From Asterias rubens (Eukaryota): DNA of 64,000 bases. The translations under genes and the position numbers were made by a program. Below the pieces are notes generated by a model that saw only the letters and a list, made by a program, of their open reading frames with translations, was not told where the DNA came from and ran no database searches. This document shows, piece after piece, positions 63,805 through 64,000 of this stretch (position 1 is its first letter; every line of letters begins with the position of its first letter). The DNA is taken from the NCBI RefSeq assembly GCF_902459465.1, contig NC_047083.1, forward strand, positions 3,286,001-3,350,000, read 5' to 3'.

Positions 63805-64000
63805 GTAAGTTTGTGTTCAAATCATTTGGTTGATTTGTTGGTATTTTTTTGTTCATTTGGAATTTTCGTTTGTCTTTTTTACATTAACTGAATGCACTTA
63901 AAAGTGAAGGTTTCGTTTTTCAGTACTGTACATTGTATTTATAAACCGAACAAAGTTCACTGAAAATAAAAGAAATTGAGCCTAAAGCCATAAACATAAA

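Overview
AT-rich, repeat-dense eukaryotic genomic DNA with GT-AG introns. It is probably from a marine deuterostome invertebrate such as a sea star; this is an inference from gene content and repeat types and is not verified. Exons were assembled by hand from splice sites and reading phase, and repeat boundaries are approximate. Genes: (1) a divergent POFUT1-like O-fucosyltransferase on the - strand, 8 coding exons, running off the left edge; (2) a cluster of gamma-butyrobetaine dioxygenase (BBOX1)-like Fe(II)/2-oxoglutarate oxygenases with three intact 5-exon paralogues (A, -, 16.4-21.5 kb; B, +, 25.9-30.5 kb; C, +, 44.2-49.6 kb) and an intact orphan exon 4-5 pair at 11.3-12.6 kb; (3) two head-to-head SRSF3/SRSF7-family genes (RRM plus Zn knuckle) around a ~300-bp shared promoter, each with a candidate stop-containing 'poison' exon after the Zn-knuckle exon. 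The rest is dominated by TTAA/AGG-ended (Kolobok-type) MITEs, other palindromic MITEs, tRNA-derived SINEs, L2 and RTE fragments, a Helentron-type element and a Penelope-type hammerhead motif. The best leads are possible splice-based module swapping in the BBOX cluster and the paired SR genes, whose candidate poison exons have opposite base composition.
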